From Malacoraja senta (lineage: Eukaryota): 64,000 nucleotides of DNA. The stretch is taken from positions 1 to 64,000 of the forward strand of contig JAXLNO010000291.1 in assembly GCA_038087875.1 (NCBI GenBank). The letters run 5' to 3'. The notes below the pieces were generated by a model. The model worked only from the letters and a program-made list of their open reading frames with translations. It ran no database searches and had not been told where the DNA came from. The position numbers were made by a program, and so were the translations under genes. Shown piece by piece: positions 61,727 through 64,000 of this stretch (its first letter is position 1; every line of letters begins with the position of its first letter).

Positions 61727-64000
61727 CACTAGTAGAAACATTCTCCCCACATTCACTCTATGCAGGCCTTTCACTATTCTTCACCTATACCCGAGGAGGC
61801 ATCACATGTGTGAGTCTGTTACTCCAGGGTCAGAAGAACCAGCTCCTTCGTTCAAGTGTGTGGAAGCCAAGAAGCCAAGGAGCCACCAACATTAACTTGG
61901 GCCCATGTACCACAACAAAGACCAGCGATCAAAACTGGCTCTTCATAGTCTCCTTGGTAATCTGGGAATTTGAAATCAAAGTGGAATAAATTTAGCGATG
62001 ATGAAACTCTTACATGCAGCATCATAACAGAATATGTAGAAAAAACTCTGGGTCATGAGAGTGGCACAGTGACAGAAGGTAGAGCTGCTGCCTCACAGGT
62101 TCGATCCCAACCTCGGCTGCTAACAATGTGGAGTTTGCACGTTTATTTATTCATTCACAAGATGTATGCATTAAGACCCAGAACTCACTCCCAAACATCA
62201 GTGCCCAAAGGCCCAGACCACAGGTGAACAAGAGGAGGAGGACTGAACTTTATTGCCTTCCCTCACAGTGGGAATCGTTGATTCCGCTGCAGGGGGGTGT
62301 TCATGTTATATTCTATAGTGCTGTGTTCATTTTATTTTAATTATGTGGCTGTATGGTAGCTCAAATTTCACTGCATCAATTGGTGTATGGGACAATAAAT
62401 GTAAATTGAACTTGACCTTGAACTTGAACAGTGGTTAGATGGCATAGGCTGGCCTCTCACAGGTCCCAACACAGCCATGGAGGTTTCTCCGGGTGCTCCT
62501 GTTTGCTCCCACACTCCAAAGATGTGCAGGTTTGTAAGTTAATTAGCACTGTCAAATTGTAAATTGTTCCTGGTGTGTGTAGGAGAATGCTCGTGTACAG
62601 GGAGACCGCTGGTCGACGTGGAGTCGTTGGGCCTGTTTCCATGCTGTATCTCTAGTTTAGTCTGAAAACACAAATATCTGCCATTACCGGACCTTACATT
62701 AGGGGGCAGCATCCTGGCACTGATGCAGCAGAGAAAATGTAGGTTCAATCCTAACTCCTGCCCTAATGTGTCCCGTGTTCAGACAATCCACCTTGCCGAC
62801 AGAGAGGTCAAGAACGTTTTTTTAAAAAGGGAGATAGAAAGAAAGGAAGAAATGGAACATAGAACAGCACAAGAACAGGCCTTTCAGTTCACAATGTCTG
62901 TGCTAAACATTATGCCAAGACCTTCACTTATCGGCCACACACAATCCACATCCCACCATTCCCCGCATATCTGTTTAAAAATCTCATAAACCACACTGTC
63001 GTATCTGCTCACCACCATCCCATGCAATCATTCCAGGCACTTATCACCCTCGATGTAAAAACGTTGCCCCACACATCTCCTTTAAACTTTGTCCCTCTCA
63101 TCTTAGAGCTATGCCCTCCAATATTTGATTTTTCCATCCAGGGAAGAAGGTTCTGACTGTCTAGCCTATCTATTATATACTTCAATCATGGCTCCTCGCA
63201 ACCTGGCCCTCCCTCGCCTCCAGTCCTCACCCCCACCCCCCTGCCTTTCAGTCTCCCTGTGACCATGTGGGTTTCCTCTGGGTGCTCCAGTTTCCTCCCA
63301 CGTTCCAAAGACCTGCAGCAGGTTTGTAGGCTCATTTGGTTCTGTAAATTGTCCCCAGCATTTAGGACAGAACTAGTGTGAATGGGCGATTGTTGGTGGC
63401 CAAATGGCCCTTTCCTCGCTGTATCTCTAAACTAAACTCACGTGTGAAGATAGACACAAAAAGCTGGGGTAACTCAGCGGGCCAGACAGCATCTCTGGAG
63501 GAAATGAATGGGTGACATTCCTGGTCGAGACCCTGCTTCACACACGTGGGTAAATTCATCAGGTGCCCAGTTTGGCCAGACTCTCCTGATCTGCAATGAT
63601 CTTTCCTGATAAATATCCCCCATCAAATGTGTGCCAAACAGGTGGGTTAATGAAGTGAAACTATGTCAGATGTGAAGAACCAGAGTGCAATGATCACGAG
63701 ATTATTGGAAGATGTTCTCTCTGATCCAATTACACATTAAATGTGTAGGAAGGAACTGCAGATGTTGGTTTACCCCTGGGGGTGGGGGGGGGGGGGGGGG
63801 GTATGGTACTTTGGCCCCTGCTCTAACCATTCAATTGCACCTGACAAAATTCTGTATTTATCAATTCTGTATTTATATTTAAAAAAATTAAAAAAAAAAT
63901 AAATTAAAAAAAAATTTAAAAAAAATAAAATAAAATTTTTTTTTTAATGTTCGGCATGGACTTGAAGGGCCGAGATGGCCTGTTTCCGTGCTGTTATGGT

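Overview
Vertebrate genomic DNA, very likely from a cartilaginous fish (skate/ray-type repeats: HE1/V-SINE-like SINEs, HER1/CR1-like LINE 3' ends, Deu-domain SINE relics); the organism is inferred, not proven. The only clear protein-coding sequence is the last two exons of a ZSWIM4/5/6-family gene (173-254, 818-1680, +), most like ZSWIM4, followed by its 3' UTR. Downstream on the minus strand is a miR-23~27~24 cluster (hairpins at about 24.2, 23.7 and 20.2 kb), matching the mammalian ZSWIM4 / MIR23A-27A-24-2 arrangement, with candidate host-transcript exons, a polyA site and a TATA promoter. The rest is mostly retroelement debris, plus a ~4.5 kb probably allelic false duplication around a 200-N gap that contains a 15-bp VNTR. 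The most interesting signal is a set of small non-autonomous retroelements carrying self-cleaving-ribozyme folds: (i) a ~142-nt element (15143-15284, -) with target-site duplication (TSD) and (GAA)n tail whose first 56 nt form a complete minimal HDV/CPEB3-like fold; (ii) many Penelope-derived fold-back elements with minimal hammerhead cores and 9-15 bp TSDs; (iii) a bipartite RTE element whose leader has HDV-like signatures with an expanded P4. All folds were read by eye and none is tested for activity. Most supplied six-frame ORFs are repeat artefacts.
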